Shown: one piece after another, positions 12,201-25,528 of the stretch
How the letters are laid out: each line of letters starts with the position of its first letter
Position numbering within the stretch: position 1 is the stretch's first letter
Assembly: GCA_973851085.1 (NCBI GenBank)
Contig: OZ316776.1
Span: forward strand, 7,068,001-7,132,000
Direction: 5' to 3'
Length of the DNA stretch: 64,000 bases
From: Ptychomitrium polyphyllum
Taxonomy: Eukaryota
The notes under the pieces: model-generated
The model's input: the letters and a program-made list of their open reading frames with translations, nothing else
Database searches by the model: none
What the model was told of the DNA's origin: nothing
Position numbers and translations under genes: made by a program

Positions 12201-14510
12201 GACAAACTTTGGTACTCACCTTTTTATCAAAGCACTCCGCAATGAAGTGACCAATCTTGCTACACCCGTGGCAACGCTTGTGCTTCACCTCAGCACTCTT
12301 ATCTCCCAATTTGAATGATTTTCTCTCATGATGGTCCACTTTGTTGTAAGCCCTTCCCTCTATTTGTTCCTTGTGTTTTTTTCCAAAGCCAAATTTCTTG
12401 AGTTCTCCGTCGCAAGATACATTTCGGCTCAATTTACTTTATTGAGAGGGACCATTTGATTTTCTTTTGGGTCAGTTGGTTTCAATTCTTTCCGCAATCT
12501 TAATGATTTCTGCCACGTCTTTTGGAAGCTTTGGGAACTTGAATAAGCGTCCACCACCTACTTTTGAAGCCCACCCAAAAAGATGCATTTCTTTGAAAAT
12601 TCATCCATTTTGAATGTGGCATTCATTTGGGCGTTGAAATCTTGCACATAAGTCTTGAGCAACTTGGTGTGCCTCATTTGCACCAAGTTCATGCCCTCCC
12701 TCAACTCTTGGTATTCCGAAGTGAAGCGTTCACTCAAAATCTCCTTAAAATCAATCCATAACAAAGTTGCGACCAACTCCGGCTCTTGCTCTTTTTTACT
12801 TATCCACCATTAAAGAGCATGGTTTTTTAAAAAGGTCACTGCAATTGAAACCTTGTCCACCTCTTTCGGCTTTTGAACATCATAATACTTGTCCATTTCC
12901 AAAATAAACTCCTTCACTTTCCTTGCTTTACTTAGCCCGGAAAAAGTGCTTAGCATGTTTTCTTTACCCAACTTCTTTATTGCGCATCTCTCCTTGAGGA
13001 GTGCCTGCAATACTAAGGGCACAAGGGGGACCCCGAAGGAATGTTCGGGACTTATGGCGCCGAAAATGAGGGGAACCGACTGTGCCTAGCGTGGAAAAGA
13101 CCCCTAGGGGGAGAAACATCCTTGCTCATATAGACCAAGAGCCACGAAGTATGAATTGTGGGCATTGAAAGAATTACAAAGAGCTGATTTTAGAATGCAA
13201 AAGATTGCTCAAATCGGACAAGGGAGCTAAAAGTTATGGCATCCCAAAGTTGGGATTGCCAAGGGGCTGTTCTGGACTATGGCAGCCCTACACAGTGACT
13301 GTACTGGACTGGAACAGTCCAGGGAGGGACTTCCCAAGAGTCCTAAACCTTGAGAAAGGCGTATCTCCCATAATACTAACTCAAATCGGACGTTTGAGGA
13401 GTCTATCGGCATCTACGCATAGAGTAAATGACGATAGAGTACTTGCTCAATACATTCGGGCACCGGATGAGGAAGATATGGCTCCCTGAAGGTCCGCTGG
13501 GAGTCTTGGAGGCTTCCAGCGGCTAAGTTCCAAGGGAGATTGGGTGGTCTTCCAAAACTTTAGGTGTGTCAGGGTTCAGCCAGCTACAGAGGGCCAAGGA
13601 GCCTGCCGAATTCCATAGAGAGTACTATAAGGGAGAGTTGGTCTCCCTCCCCACTCTCCTAGTGTCCCGGTAGAGACTAAGGGTGAGTCCCGGTTGGTGG
13701 AGCTAGTGTTGGAGCTTTACCACAGGGACTTCCACACCATTGTGAGCCGAAAGATGGCCGGTTTCACGGAGGGAACTAGCACGTTTAAAATGGTACGCTT
13801 GTTACCACTAAGTTGGGGTGGTGTCTTTACGCCGACACTATGATGACCCGGAATGATCTTAGGATCACATGGGAATCATGAGTGGTGGTGAGGAGACACC
13901 ACTAAGTGCGGTTAGGCTGTGTAAAATGGGAGTAACACAAAATGAGGCCTTGAACATGAATGGAAATTCGTACGTAACCATTGGTTACTAATCACTAGGT
14001 GTCCTAAGAGAAATGGTAGAAAACTTGGAAAGTGAGAATGGGAATTAACCATGTGCATGTGGGGGTGTACAGAGTTGACGCGCGTGACGCTTGCTAAGGT
14101 GCATTACAAGGGTTGCGACATTCTTGGTTGAAGATGAGGGCTTAGAACCTTGTGCCATCAAGTGCTCAATCAATCTCTCTTGACGAGCCCTTTCTTCTTT
14201 GCCACGCTTGAGTTCTTGGTTCTTTAGCGTCCATGAACTTAAGCATTTTTATGCAAAAACTTAAATTAGGGTCTCGACTTTTTAGGCCCTCAGGTGGTTC
14301 AGGAATCCTAGCTCCTGAGTATTCTCCACCCTCTAACGCTTTGTCTTATTAATTTTCCTCAACTTCTTCGGTGATTTCAATATCATTCCCTTGCTCATTG
14401 GAATCAAAAGATGGAGCCTCATTAATCAAATCGGGATCTTTGTTCATCCTTGTAAGTAGTCGTTTAGAGGCCTCAAGCTCTATGCCATCACCGGCCTTCT
14501 TTTTACCCAT
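9270..14510 (-). pseudogene. Family A gag-pol remnants (gag, aspartic protease, RT, partial RNase H, integrase, chromodomain)
   Basis: CHGCSKIGHFIAEC Zn knuckle; LIDTGATHSF at ~12050-12085; [13 protein letters not shown] and YIDDILVYS; VHTDASDFAIGGVL; integrase FNPQTDEQTEQINR and KFAKPF; chromodomain-like EYEVEGIF...EYLVMWK at ~9380-9470. Confidence 0.9.
12978..14120 (+). mobile_element. Family A solo LTR inserted antisense into family A gag
   Basis: Reverse-complement homology to 14563-15726, ending gcgaca. Perfect TSD TTCTT at 12973-12977 and 14121-14125. Removing it restores gag SSSTKK/LGKENML. Confidence 0.9.
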
Positions 14511-14548
14511 TGCATCTTTGCAACGTAGCACTTGGATATTTAAAGCTT

Positions 14549-14560
14549 GTTTTGATACCA
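14549..14560 (-). promoter_or_regulatory. Primer-binding site (tRNA-iMet type) of family A
   Basis: TGGTATCAAAAC lies 2 nt from the 5' LTR and matches the canonical TGGTATCAGAGC at 10/12. Confidence 0.85.
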
Positions 14561-14562
14561 AA

Positions 14563-15726
14563 TGTCGCAATCCTTGTAATGCACCTTAATAAACATCATG
14601 TGCGTCAACCCTGTACATCCCCACATGCACATGGTTAATTTCTATTTTCACTCTCCAAGTCCCAAGCTTGGTTTTCAATTCCCCCTACCATTTTTCTTAG
14701 AACACCCAATTGATTGGTAGCCAATGGTTACGTGCGGACTTCCATTCATGTCCAAGGCCTCACTTGGTGTTACTCCCATTCCACACAGCCTAACCGCACT
14801 TAGTGGTGTCTCCTCATTACCACATGTAATTTCCATGTGATTCTAAGATCATCCCGGGCCATCATGGTACCGGCGTGAAAACACCACCTCAACTTAGTAG
14901 TAATAAACGTGCCCTTGTAATCTTACTAGTTCCCTTGGTGAAATCGGTCATCCACCGGCTCATAATGGTGTGGAAGTCCCCGTGGTGAAGCCCCAACACT
15001 AGCTCCACCAATTGGAACTCATTCTTGGTTCTTACTAGGACACTAAGGGAGTGGGGAGGGGGATCAGCCCTCCCCTATAGTACTCTCTATGGAATTCGGC
15101 AAGCCCCTTGGCCCTCTGTAGCTGGCTGAACCTCAACACACCAAAACTTTTGGAAGACCACCCGATCTTCCTTGGGAATTAGCCGTTGGAAGCCTCCAAG
15201 ACTTCCTACAGACCTCTAGGGAGCCATATTTTCCACGTTTGGTGTCCGAATCTATTGCGCAACCACTCTATCGTCATTTATGCTTTGCGTAGATGCCGAT
15301 AAACTCTTCAAATGTCCGATTTGACTTAGTATTTTGAGAGATGTGCCTCTCCTAAGGTTTGGAACTCTTGGGGAGTCCCTCCTTATGCTGTTCCAAATAA
15401 ATACGGTCACTCTCAAGGGCTGCCACAGTCCAGAACAGCCTCTTGGCAGTCCCAACTTTGGGATGTCATATCTTTTAGTCCCTTGTCTGATTTGAGTAAT
15501 CTTTAGCATTCTAGAATTAACTCGTTGTGAATACTGTAATGCTTACAAAATATCCTTTGTGGCCCTCGGTCTACATGGGCAAGGATGTATCTTTTCCTCA
15601 AAATCCTTCCTACGCTAGGCCTACTCGGGCCACTTTACTATCGGCGCTACAAGTCTCGGACGTCATTCCGAGGTCTACCTTGTGCCTTTAGTGTTGTGGG
15701 CACTCCCGAAAGAAAGATGCGCGACA
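14563..15726 (-). repeat. Family A 5' LTR (1,164 bp)
   Basis: Terminal inverted hexamers tgtcgc...gcgaca, adjacent to the PBS. Confidence 0.92.
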
Positions 15727-16221
15727 TTACTTGCCCTAATCTATAAGATTAAAGACATTTATATATAATGTATTTTTTAAACTATTAAATACCTTATTTA
15801 AGATGTGTTTGTATTAGAGGTCTAAAGCCATTAAAAAACATCCAAAAATCTGGTCAAAGTCTCTTATTTAAAAGGTGTTTTAATAAAAGATTGTTTTTTT
15901 GTAGTCATAAGCATTTTCAAGTTTATAAATGAAACAAATTCATTAAAAAAAATGCATCTTCAAATAGATGTACAAAAATATTGGTGGTTTTGGTTTTAGG
16001 TCAATGTACAAAGTTTGAAAAGAAACCTTATAATTTGATACATTTGTAATATTTTTTAATTTTAATTATTATTTTTTAATTATTAATTATTAATTATTTT
16101 CTAACTTATTGTATATTGTTTATTTTTTTATTATTTACTAATCATTGCTTACTTAATTTTTTTTTTAATTCTTTAATTTTTTATCTTTGTATTTTATAAT
16201 TGTACAAAAACTTACATTAAG

Positions 16222-16795
16222 TATTACACACACGCAACATAGCCTTCAGAACCTTCTAATATATTATAGTAGTTTCTTAGAATACTTTCAAATTTCTACA
16301 TTTTTAGGAAATTTTCTAAAAAAGTTCCACTACCTCAAGAAACTTCCTAGTAAGATTTTATTCATTTTAGGAAATTTTATAGGAAAATTCTACCACCTCA
16401 GGATACTTCCTAAGAAGGTTCCATCACCTGAAGAAACTTCCTGGAAAGGTTCAAGCTCTTTAGAAAACTTCCTAAGAAGGTTCTACCATCTTGGAAAATT
16501 CCCAAGGAAGGTTCCAACATCTTAAAAAACTTCTTAGGAAGATTCCATAGACTATTAGAACATTCTTAAGCCTTGTAGAAAACTTCTTTAGAAGTATTCT
16601 AGGAGATACAAGTATTATAGTATAAATAGGAGGCAAGACAAGGTATTCCTTAATCTTGCCAACACGAGTTGTAGATCATCTTATATCTTGCCTTGTTTTA
16701 GTCTTTGTATCAAGTTCTTATTAATCATTAGTTCTTTGAAAGCTAATTCTTGGGAAACACTTCGTTTCTATTTCTTGTTTCTTGTGTCCCTAATA
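16222..16795 (+). mobile_element. Older family B solo LTR, opposite orientation
   Basis: Reverse-complement homology to B1-B3, including TATAAATAGGAGGCAAGAC...TTGCCAAC. Termini are decayed and the flanks ttaag/tgaag match at 4/5 (possible TSD). Confidence 0.8.
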
Positions 16796-17623
16796 TGAAG
16801 TGCCATCACATCCAAGATGTTATAGTCACCTTATTAATTTTTACTTTCTTTCATTAATTCACTTATTTACAAAAACATTCTCATATTCATTATTCTTTTG
16901 GTTATATTAAAGACCATTTGATATTATAAACCATTAAAATATCCTGGAGCTTTTTAAATTTATAAATTTTTGAAAGAAGCAACTTGATCCATTTTTGCTT
17001 TGCATTACCATGAAAAAGAAAAATTATTAAGAAATTTGAGATTCCACATTGATTACAATAAATTAGTAAATAATGTTTCATGGTTTCACTTGAATTTCTC
17101 ACATTCACTCAATTATCCAATTCCATACAATTCAAGAAGACTAACATGTTCAAAAATCCAAAATCAATTATTTATTCAATGTTCATTTTATTTTAGATAT
17201 GCATTCAAAAATATGAATCAACCTTCTTTTTAGTCCAAGTTCATTATACACTATAAGAACCAATTTAAAATTCATGGTTTCTTAAGGTCATGGCTCTTAA
17301 TCCATAGTATTAAAAGTCCCAATACAAATTATGCTCTACCATCTCTTAATCCTTGATATCCTAGCATAAAATGCATACCCCACCCAATCCAACCATATTT
17401 TAGATCAAACTACATTAAACCCTTTAACAAAATGTTGAGAGGCTTCTAAATGATGACAAAACCTCCAAAGAAGGATAGTACAAAATGACAACATTGATTG
17501 CTCCAAATAAGCCTCCCAGAGGACTTTATCTGAAGGTCTGAAAAGTTATCTATAAAGCTACAAAATTATCTATAAATCCCTGTCCATTGGTGAAGAATCG
17601 TTCAAGGGCTTCAACTGTGGGCT

Positions 17624-19834
17624 TCAAAGAACGTTGATCTCCAAAAGAATCTGGTAGACACCAACATAAATCTCTCCTGTAATAAGAAGAATAATGATCC
17701 ACTCAAGTGTATCTGACTTCCTGTTTTGTAGGATCTCCAAAAAGAATCAGACGTTGTGCTGCAAACATATGAACAAATGCTTCTCAGTTAGCTGTACACA
17801 AGTTGGCTACGAGTTGAACTCAGTGAGAGTCTACAACAAACTGGAACATACACAAGCTATTTCAGAGTGCGCTGTTACCTGGACAATATTAAGCTTGAAG
17901 TCCAAACTCTCAAACCGCTCATCCAGCTCAAAATCGTCACGCAAGTACTCCCAAATCTGTGCATAATTTGCGTCCTTCCATGCAGCATCTGACCTGTTGA
18001 ATCAGATTTTAAAGCAAACCATGATTAACAAACATTCAAAAAATGAATTCCCTAAACAAAGAGAAATTAAGCTCATGATAATCAAAGTCTCTCTACTAAA
18101 AAGGTGGAGGAAAGAGAATCCAAACCTCTCCAGGGGACCCAGGCGGAGAATAACATCTGCAAGAGTGGTGTTGGCAGCCGCTACAAGCTGAAACAAACTT
18201 TTCCGAGACATTGTGAAGGTACCTGTCTTTTCCATTCCTCGGTTAACTCACTGGATGTATTCACCATCTCATCCACCTACATCATTCATCAATATCTTCC
18301 CATTATCCAACTATTTTCAAAATTCGAGTCGTTTCACAGTTTGAAGTGGTACCTCCTTTTGAGCAACAATTCACATATTCGTATTGAGCAACAATCTAAA
18401 CTAGAAAACGGATCTGCAGAAAGAAAACAGTAACCAAAATACAGTCAAGAGTAGCACAAGATTACCTTCTTGGCGTAGTGATCAAGGGCAATACTTTGAC
18501 CAAGAATGCTGGAGATGACTCGGATATTGTCTGTGTCAAGCATAAGCAACATGATTCGATCTTGCCCTCCCTGACTCCACTCACTTAGGCTCGGCCTCAC
18601 CAGCACCCCGTAATCTGAGCCCAAATCAAACTCAGCATTCAATCATGGATAATTGTTTCCTCAGAGTTGTGTTATTTTCATAATAAAGCCACAAAAGGTT
18701 TCGTTCCTCCTAAACCATTCCCGACTACGGATGATCAACAATTACAAACCAACTGATAAGATGGATTGCCGGAAACGAATTAATAAATCGTGGCCAATGA
18801 AACTAGCTAGTACCGTCTTTTCATGTCTACCAAAATTCGTCGGTGCAGAACTTGCACACGGCAAACAGTGCCTCTTCCTCTTCATCATCACCGAAGTTGA
18901 AGAACACTATAGACCCGTACTGAAAGGCAACCATGTACCGTTCTTGCGAGCGACTTATTTCAGCAAATCCCTGCCCATGTTACAAATATAACAAATCACT
19001 TCATTCAGTCTCTGGGAGTATCACAAAGACCTTAACCCATCGTACCCCCTTCAAATAAAACATAAATTTGTCCACTCCAATGGGTACGGGGACAAAGCAC
19101 AAGTCGAGGAAGGTGAGGAGATACAAGATAGAGAACTATACAGGTCTGTTTAAAGTAGGTTCTGCATCCACAGGCCGGTTAGCAAACCGAATAATGAGAT
19201 TGTTGCGCGACGTGGTGACCTCCAAGAACGACTCCTCTGACAGCCGCTTCAAATCCACGCTTCTCGAGATGTAGCAAGCCTTGACAGGGATGTAAACATC
19301 GTCTTGTTGAAATTGAGGAGGTGGATTAGGCGAAAGGCTAGCACGTTGACAATTCTCATACTCCCGAACGCGCACGTGCTGCTGACCCCATTCAATGCCA
19401 TCGTCTTTTAACATCTTCATATCATGGGCATCTTTCCGACCCTTTGTAAATTCTTCATCTTCATCACGGTCCCACTCCCCTTCTCGCAGTGGCCTATTTT
19501 GATCTGCCGGCAATTCTCCCTCATTAAACTGCAACAGAAGAGTAGTTTCGGAGGTGTCCCAGTACTCAGGCTCCTGGCTATGAGCAGTTGAACCTTGCGT
19601 CCGAACTGGCGTTAACTTGGCCCGTTGCTTCCAGTCTTGATTAGGGCTAACAGAGTGGAGCTTTCGGTGACCAGAATTTGGGATTAAGGCATTAGGTTGA
19701 GCTCCAGATTCCTGCTCTGAAATGGAGAAGTGCCTAACATGGCCTCTTCTGAAGCTCGAATGGAAGTTCTCAATGAGTTTCTTTCTTGGTCTATCGACAC
19801 TATCCCCTGCGCTAGAGTTGTACTCGATTTCCAT
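17624..19834 (-). pseudogene. RMD1/DUF155-family (RETARDED ROOT GROWTH-like) gene, disabled
   Basis: Spliced exons encode IPVKACYISRSVDLK, YMVAFQYGSIVFFN, DNIRVISSILGQSIALDHY, MEKTGTFTM..LFQLV, SDAAWKDANYAQIWEYLRDDFELDERF and LQNRKSDTLEWIIILL. In-frame stops lie at 18829-18827, 18823-18821 and 17749-17747, with a 1-nt deletion near 18243. Confidence 0.85.
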
Positions 19835-21339
19835 AGTTGTTCCGCGGGCTAGCTCAACGAAGCAAAGGTAGAAGTAATCAGGTTTGCTTCGTTGCTTGCA
19901 TGAAGGGACTAGCCGTGAACGCCTGGCTGAGCTGCGGCAAGTGCCTCCATTGAATTCCTGCTCTCATTGTGCCTTATTCCTCTCTGTCGCAACCGTCTTC
20001 AAGTCCACCCTCTCAGAACTGGCTCGCAAATTACGTCCTGCAACATTAGACGAGCTCTACATACCAAGAATCCAACAACAGAGGATTACTCTCACAACCG
20101 CGAAGGCCGCATGGAACTACTTGAAGGAAATACCAAATCTTCTCTTAAATTTATGTTCATTTCTATCATTGACAGATTACAATGCAGCAAAATCGATCCA
20201 CAATGGTGGCAGCGCACAGCAGATATCAAGAAAAGGATCCACAGTTTGCGAAAACTTACAGTGTCCCTTTTGAGCGGCTCGAGAAAGTACTTTGGTGCAT
20301 TTAAGTGCATTTCAATCGAAAGATCACCGATAATCTCCACCGCAAGAACCCAGAAACAGAGTGGCAAATTCGAACTCTCCCAACAACTCTGCCACCAACT
20401 CTTCTAATACCTCTTCATCCTATCAAAAAAGCTCAAAAGAAAGGCCACCTCTTTCACAAGGTAAGCCGAGCAAAGCAAGCCTTGCCTGCGAGGACAGAGC
20501 ACGGCGAAGTTGTGATGAGCAGCTAGCGCATTTGTCAACGCGCCGCAGAAAACTATGGGGCAGTCCGCTTGCCCTCTTCATCCTTTCATCACGACAAATA
20601 TGGATGGAAAAACTGTGAGCTGCGGGCCCGCTCGACAACCCCAGGAGTGGTGACCTCGGAACCAATGATTGCGATGTCGTGAGGCAGACGCTGATGATAA
20701 TTGAGTGATTCGTTCATCCAAGTTGTCCCGCCTCTGCGACCCGCAACTGTTCTCAAGCTTCATCTCCGAGAAAACAGAAGGACTTCGTCTCCCATCGGAT
20801 GCTGTAGCTTTAGGTCATTTGTTTACACAAGAGTATGGTTTGATTACGATTCTCTCCTAGCGATGGTAGGGATTCTTTTTCATTGTTTGTGAATTAGTGG
20901 TGCCCGAGCGAGACTGTGATGAGTGTAGGATCTCAAACTCGCAATCAACACAGTGACGAGCCTACCTCCAGCAGCACAACCCTAGAGGCTGTTGAGAAAC
21001 GAGCATAATCGCAAAAGAAAAGAGACGGAAGCAAATGATGGTGCTCGAGAACAAAGCTTTTGAATTCAGGCAGCCTTGATTACGAAAATTTCTATATCTT
21101 GAGTTCGGTGGCTCTGAAATAAAGTACCAAGAATCCAACATGAGCAGGATCATGGAATTGAGTTGACGATAAAAAAGGCAGTACGTTCGAGTCTGAAATG
21201 CTCGCTGACATAGAGACATATTCAAAGATTAAGATTACTACCGTATGATCCTGAGATTGACAAACAAGCTCAAGAGCTTTCAATCAGCATGTTGAACACT
21301 AACCTGAAACCAAACACCGTCTTGAAGTACCTTGGCCTT

Positions 21340-21356
21340 AAACCCTAAAACCCTAA
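21340..21356 (+). promoter_or_regulatory. Tandem telo-box AAACCCTAAAACCCTAA
   Basis: Two overlapping AAACCCTAA motifs upstream of the RMD1-like locus. Confidence 0.35.
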
Positions 21357-21915
21357 GCACCTTTCCCTCTATGGCAAGAAGCAGGACCATCTCATCACCG
21401 TCGAGTGATTAATGGAAGGTCTAGAGCCTCATTTCCACACTAATTCGACAACTTAATGTCACTGACGACCTTCTGTAGGGCTATCTGGTGGGTCAGTAAG
21501 GCCGTGTATAACGTTGTACATTCTCCTCAGTGCAGAGCCGCACTTCCAAGCCTGAATGCGATCGATTCTTTTCTCTCAGAGATTTGCGTGACTTGCTAAG
21601 ATTCAAGCTTCATCGACGCAGATGAACACCAACCATGAGGTCAACTATCTGTGACGTGTGATGCCTGTAACTTACACCGCGCCATGTGCTGCCACGCTCA
21701 AAAGCCTAAAACTCTAAAAATCTTGGTGCACGGAAAGCACAATCACTAGGGGAAATTTCCGCTCCAAACAATCCCGACGTAGACGACTCGGACTTCAAAA
21801 GAATTCGCGTGTTAGTTCTTGAATGATACTGGTTCTTACGTTTTGAATTATCGATAAAGATGCTTCGGAGGTGATCACGTTTTTTGAAACGGAAGCAGCA
21901 ATCTGGTGCTGGTCG

Positions 21916-22731
21916 TTAACGTGATGAAAGCTTCCTTGTGAATTTGTAAACCACCACCCCAACGCGCGCATTTGCCAGAGGAGGATGCTTGTGCACAACT
22001 TCCAGATTGAAGAACTTGGCCGCCATTCGGAAGAACTGACCGTCCTTCTTCCATCTTCGCAGATGCGCCAGCAACAGAACGGGTCCCATTGCTCCCCTCT
22101 CCTTCTCCGCGTCGCCGATTCCGAACAGCCATTTTAATGTCTGCATGAGCGGCTCGAAGAGCGTGTCGTAGTACACGCAGTCTGATGCAATAATAAAATC
22201 AGTGGGATGCGAGCTAAACGCCGTGATATCCTCTTGCACGCCCCACCGGAGCGGCTGCACGATGAGGCACCCCCCGCACGCCTCAACATCCTCCATGTTC
22301 AAATCCACATTGTACTGCAAATTCTGCAAAACATGCGGCAAGTCAGTTAGGGTTACCCGTGCACCGAGCCGCGCAGCCATCACGCCCGCCATTCCGGTGC
22401 CCGCACCAAGCTCCAAAACGCGCGCGCCACGTAATCCCTCCCCTCCTCCCGTCTCAAGGTACCTGCACATCCCAGTCGCGGCCTGCCATACTTGGAACGA
22501 CAATCCTAGCTCTCGAATCTGCCGCACAAGAATCGCTGGCCCATTCACTGGCTGGTACCCAACTTCGCAACCAAAGCTTTCGACACCCGCAGCTCCCAAG
22601 ATTTCGACCTCCTCTTCCGCATCCGCATCTGCCACCTCTTCCTCGGTCGTTACCACCCCCACGTCCTCATCAGAGCTGTCAAAGCTCATGTTGCCGAACA
22701 TGTCCCCCATCATACCCTTCTTCCTCACCAT
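21916..22731 (-). CDS. Intronless SAM-dependent protein-lysine methyltransferase (METTL21 / Methyltransf_16 family)
   Basis: Motifs VWQAATGMCRYL, VLELGAGTG (motif I), VTLTD, LRWG and DFIIASDCVY (DxxY), with an acidic N-terminus. The first in-frame ATG is at 22731. Confidence 0.9.
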   Translation of the reverse strand: MVRKKGMMGDMFGNMSFDSSDEDVGVVTTEEEVADADAEEEVEILGAAGVESFGCEVGYQPVNGPAILVRQIRELGLSFQVWQAATGMCRYLETGGGEGLRGARVLELGAGTGMAGVMAARLGARVTLTDLPHVLQNLQYNVDLNMEDVEACGGCLIVQPLRWGVQEDITAFSSHPTDFIIASDCVYYDTLFEPLMQTLKWLFGIGDAEKERGAMGPVLLLAHLRRWKKDGQFFRMAAKFFNLEVVHKHPPLANARVGVVVYKFTRKLSSR

Positions 22732-25528
22732 CTCCACAAACTCACACTCCCGCAGTTTGGATGCTGAACACCTGAGATGCTCTTCCGGTACTCCTCGGAA
22801 GGGACAACCCAAATTATAATGAACGCGAGAAATTGTCCCCTCAACCGCCGTTTCCACCAATCAACTGATCACATGTGTGCTCCGACAGTTCGAGATGATC
22901 AGAGAAGATGAGCTCTGACCACTGAAAAAGGTTGCCCTGGATGAGACGGATGCCATTGTGTGCAACTGGCGGCCGCCGCTCGACGTCATCATCCAAGTTG
23001 AACTCCAAAAATTCATATCTTCGAAGCCTGGATCTCAGTGCTTCGGCACAGATGATGTTGACGCGATTTAATATTTTGTCGCTAGATTGGGGTTTGTTTC
23101 AGAACCATGAACCTCGGTAAGTTGCAGGATGGATGTTCGGCATCCATCCTTTGATGCCACAGTTGCTGATCTTGGTGCAGCGACTAGCTCACCGATTGGC
23201 ACCCTCTTGATGATGTATCATATGACTGATCCCTTACTGTAGCCGAAATTGGCATGACCAGGGGAGCAGATGAGAGTCAAATGCAGGCGCAGTGCAATCA
23301 CAGGGGAGTGCGTCCAACGTGCAGGCGAAGAGAACCGAAAGGCGCGTTGTCAGAGAGGAATCACAATTTAAACATAGGCTCCCTCCAATTTCCAGCGATA
23401 TTCGATTGCTGGTGAGGATACTTTCCGCGTTCTGAATGGAGGAAGTACAACGAGCGTCCTTAGGTCAAAGTTTCCCTTGCGTTGTTTTCTTTTTGTCAGG
23501 TGGGGCTTGGACGTTCTGTGCAACTGTAGAGGACGATTCAAATTTTGAACGGAAAGAGGCTGGGCAATAACGTCATAGTGGGCTGGAATGCCAAAGTTGC
23601 GAGTCGTAGAAGCAAGTGGGGTAAGGCCCACAAAACTGCGCCACTGTTTCACGCAATCAATAGATCTTCTCAGGAACTTCCTTCCTCATGCTTTGAAAGA
23701 TGTGCTGCATGTCGGCGATGGCGTTGCGATGTCTGGAGTCTTCGAACGGGCAGATGTGTTGGATTCTGATAAGAATCGAGCGTCACGTCGCAGGTGAAGT
23801 CGATGGTCCCGCACCTCCAGAGGTCACGCCAAGTGCGATAATGTAGAGCATCTGAACAAATGAATCCATCAAGAACAATCACAATCGAGAAGGTAATTTT
23901 AGGCTCCACTCGCATGAATTGCTGCTCAATCTGCTGCTCCCACTGTGCTGCTTTCTAAATTTTGCCATTCGAATTAGCTATTTCTGCGCTTTCTTTATTG
24001 CGAAGGTTGGGTGTTGCCAGGACGAAGTGGATGTCGCGGGGCCAGGGCAGGAAGCTTGAGGCTTGCCCCACACAAACAGGGTTAAGTTATGGGTGCGATG
24101 AAGGCAAGGTGCGGCGACCTTCATCCAGGTTCTGCCCAGCATGAGACTAGCTTGGCGCGTCCGCTGGCCGCGGATGAAACCTGGCTGCCAGGGTTTTTAT
24201 CAGGCGAGCTGCTCGCACATGGAGACGCGAGCTTCACCATCAACTGTAACTTCTTCTCTACACTAACGCGGCCTTCTTGTTGCCTCCATAAAATCGCTTC
24301 TTTGTTTCGTGATCGTTTCTCTGGCCATGGACTTCCTGTCCTCTGGCTTTCTTCTGGACGTGGGCTAGAACGACGAGTTAGATCTCTCGTACCCGTTGCT
24401 GATTAGTAAGTTTGCTGTGTTTCATCAGGTTGAGAGGCTTATATTTGGTGGCTTATGATTCGGTTTGGAGGACTGAGATCTGTCGTCGTGGTTCCGGTTG
24501 TTGATTGGCAGCGATCGTTTGAAAATCGTGGTGAGTTCGGCGGATCGTGCGTTTACTGGGTTTTGAAGGAGAAGATTTCTTTGATGGGCGTTTGAAAGTT
24601 ATCTTGGTCGGAGCAGAAGTTCTGCTACGATTTTGGGTTGCTGCTAGGGTTTGGCTTCGGGGTCTGCTTGGTTGAAGCCCTGGTTGTGGATGCTGTGTGG
24701 CGGAAGTGAGCAGTAGGAATCGTTGCTCTGGGTCTTTGTTGCTTGATCGACTTGGTTACGTGGAATTGTGTTCTCTCGGTCCGCTGTGTGAGCGTAGAGA
24801 ATTTTGCGGACTATGAGTTTGTAAGAAGTGGGCTCCGGCTGTAGGGTTTTACAGGCGTCTCGGATACTGCGGAGTCTCTGTCATTATAGGATTGAGAAGA
24901 GACATTTGTTTTGGATATCATTACTGCCAGAATTTCTTCCAGAATCCTCTTCCTGCACACTGTTTGGGACCGCGTGCAATGAGTGGTCGATGGACTTCGA
25001 AGTGGCGTCTTCGGTCCGCCAGATTGGTTGGAGTATATCCTTAGGTTTTCGCCCTGTTCAAGAGCAATCTAATTTAAGATGGTTCCGAGATAGTTTGGGG
25101 GTCCTGGATTTTGTATATTGAGCAGACAGACGCCTTTTAGAGTGCGACAATGAGATTTTCATCTTAGATAATTGGAATAAAAAAATTGAAGAGCAAAGTT
25201 AGAGGATGCTGAATGTAGCGCAAAAGGCAGGCTTTGTGGATGATTCCGAAAGCGTGATCAGAGAAAAGAAGGAAACTCGCAGGTGGTTGAAGTTGTGCCT
25301 GGGAATAGGATTTTGCTTCTTCGAGAAGCGAACTCTGATAAAGCTTATGTCCCGGCTCTGCTTTTCTGTGAGCCACACCAACTAGTGCCGGGATGCATTT
25401 TCCTGTGCATCACATGAAGGCACGACCTCCAGATTGGCTCTGCAACTGCGGCAAATCATTCTTACCAGTTAAAGCTCTGATTTTCTCTTTGTGACAAAAC
25501 CATTAAGTTTTTAGTCATTTGAGTAGCT

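Larger units (their letters stand above)
2232..15726 (-). mobile_element. Decayed Ty3/gypsy chromovirus-type LTR retrotransposon, family A, hosting nested insertions
   Basis: LTRs start tgtcgc (2232, 14563) and end gcgaca (15726). PBS at 14549-14560, PPT-like GGTGGAGGTGAG next to 8486, and gag-PR-RT-RH-INT-chromodomain remnants on the minus strand. Confidence 0.9.

Noticed and set aside
17747..17749. Stop read-through, selenocysteine or RNA editing rescuing the RMD1-like gene
   Set aside because: The additional TAG and TGA stops and a frameshift make pseudogenisation far more parsimonious.
22202..22819. 205-aa + strand ORF (similarly 33090-33617 and 644-988)
   Set aside because: These are antisense shadows of GC-rich real CDSs.
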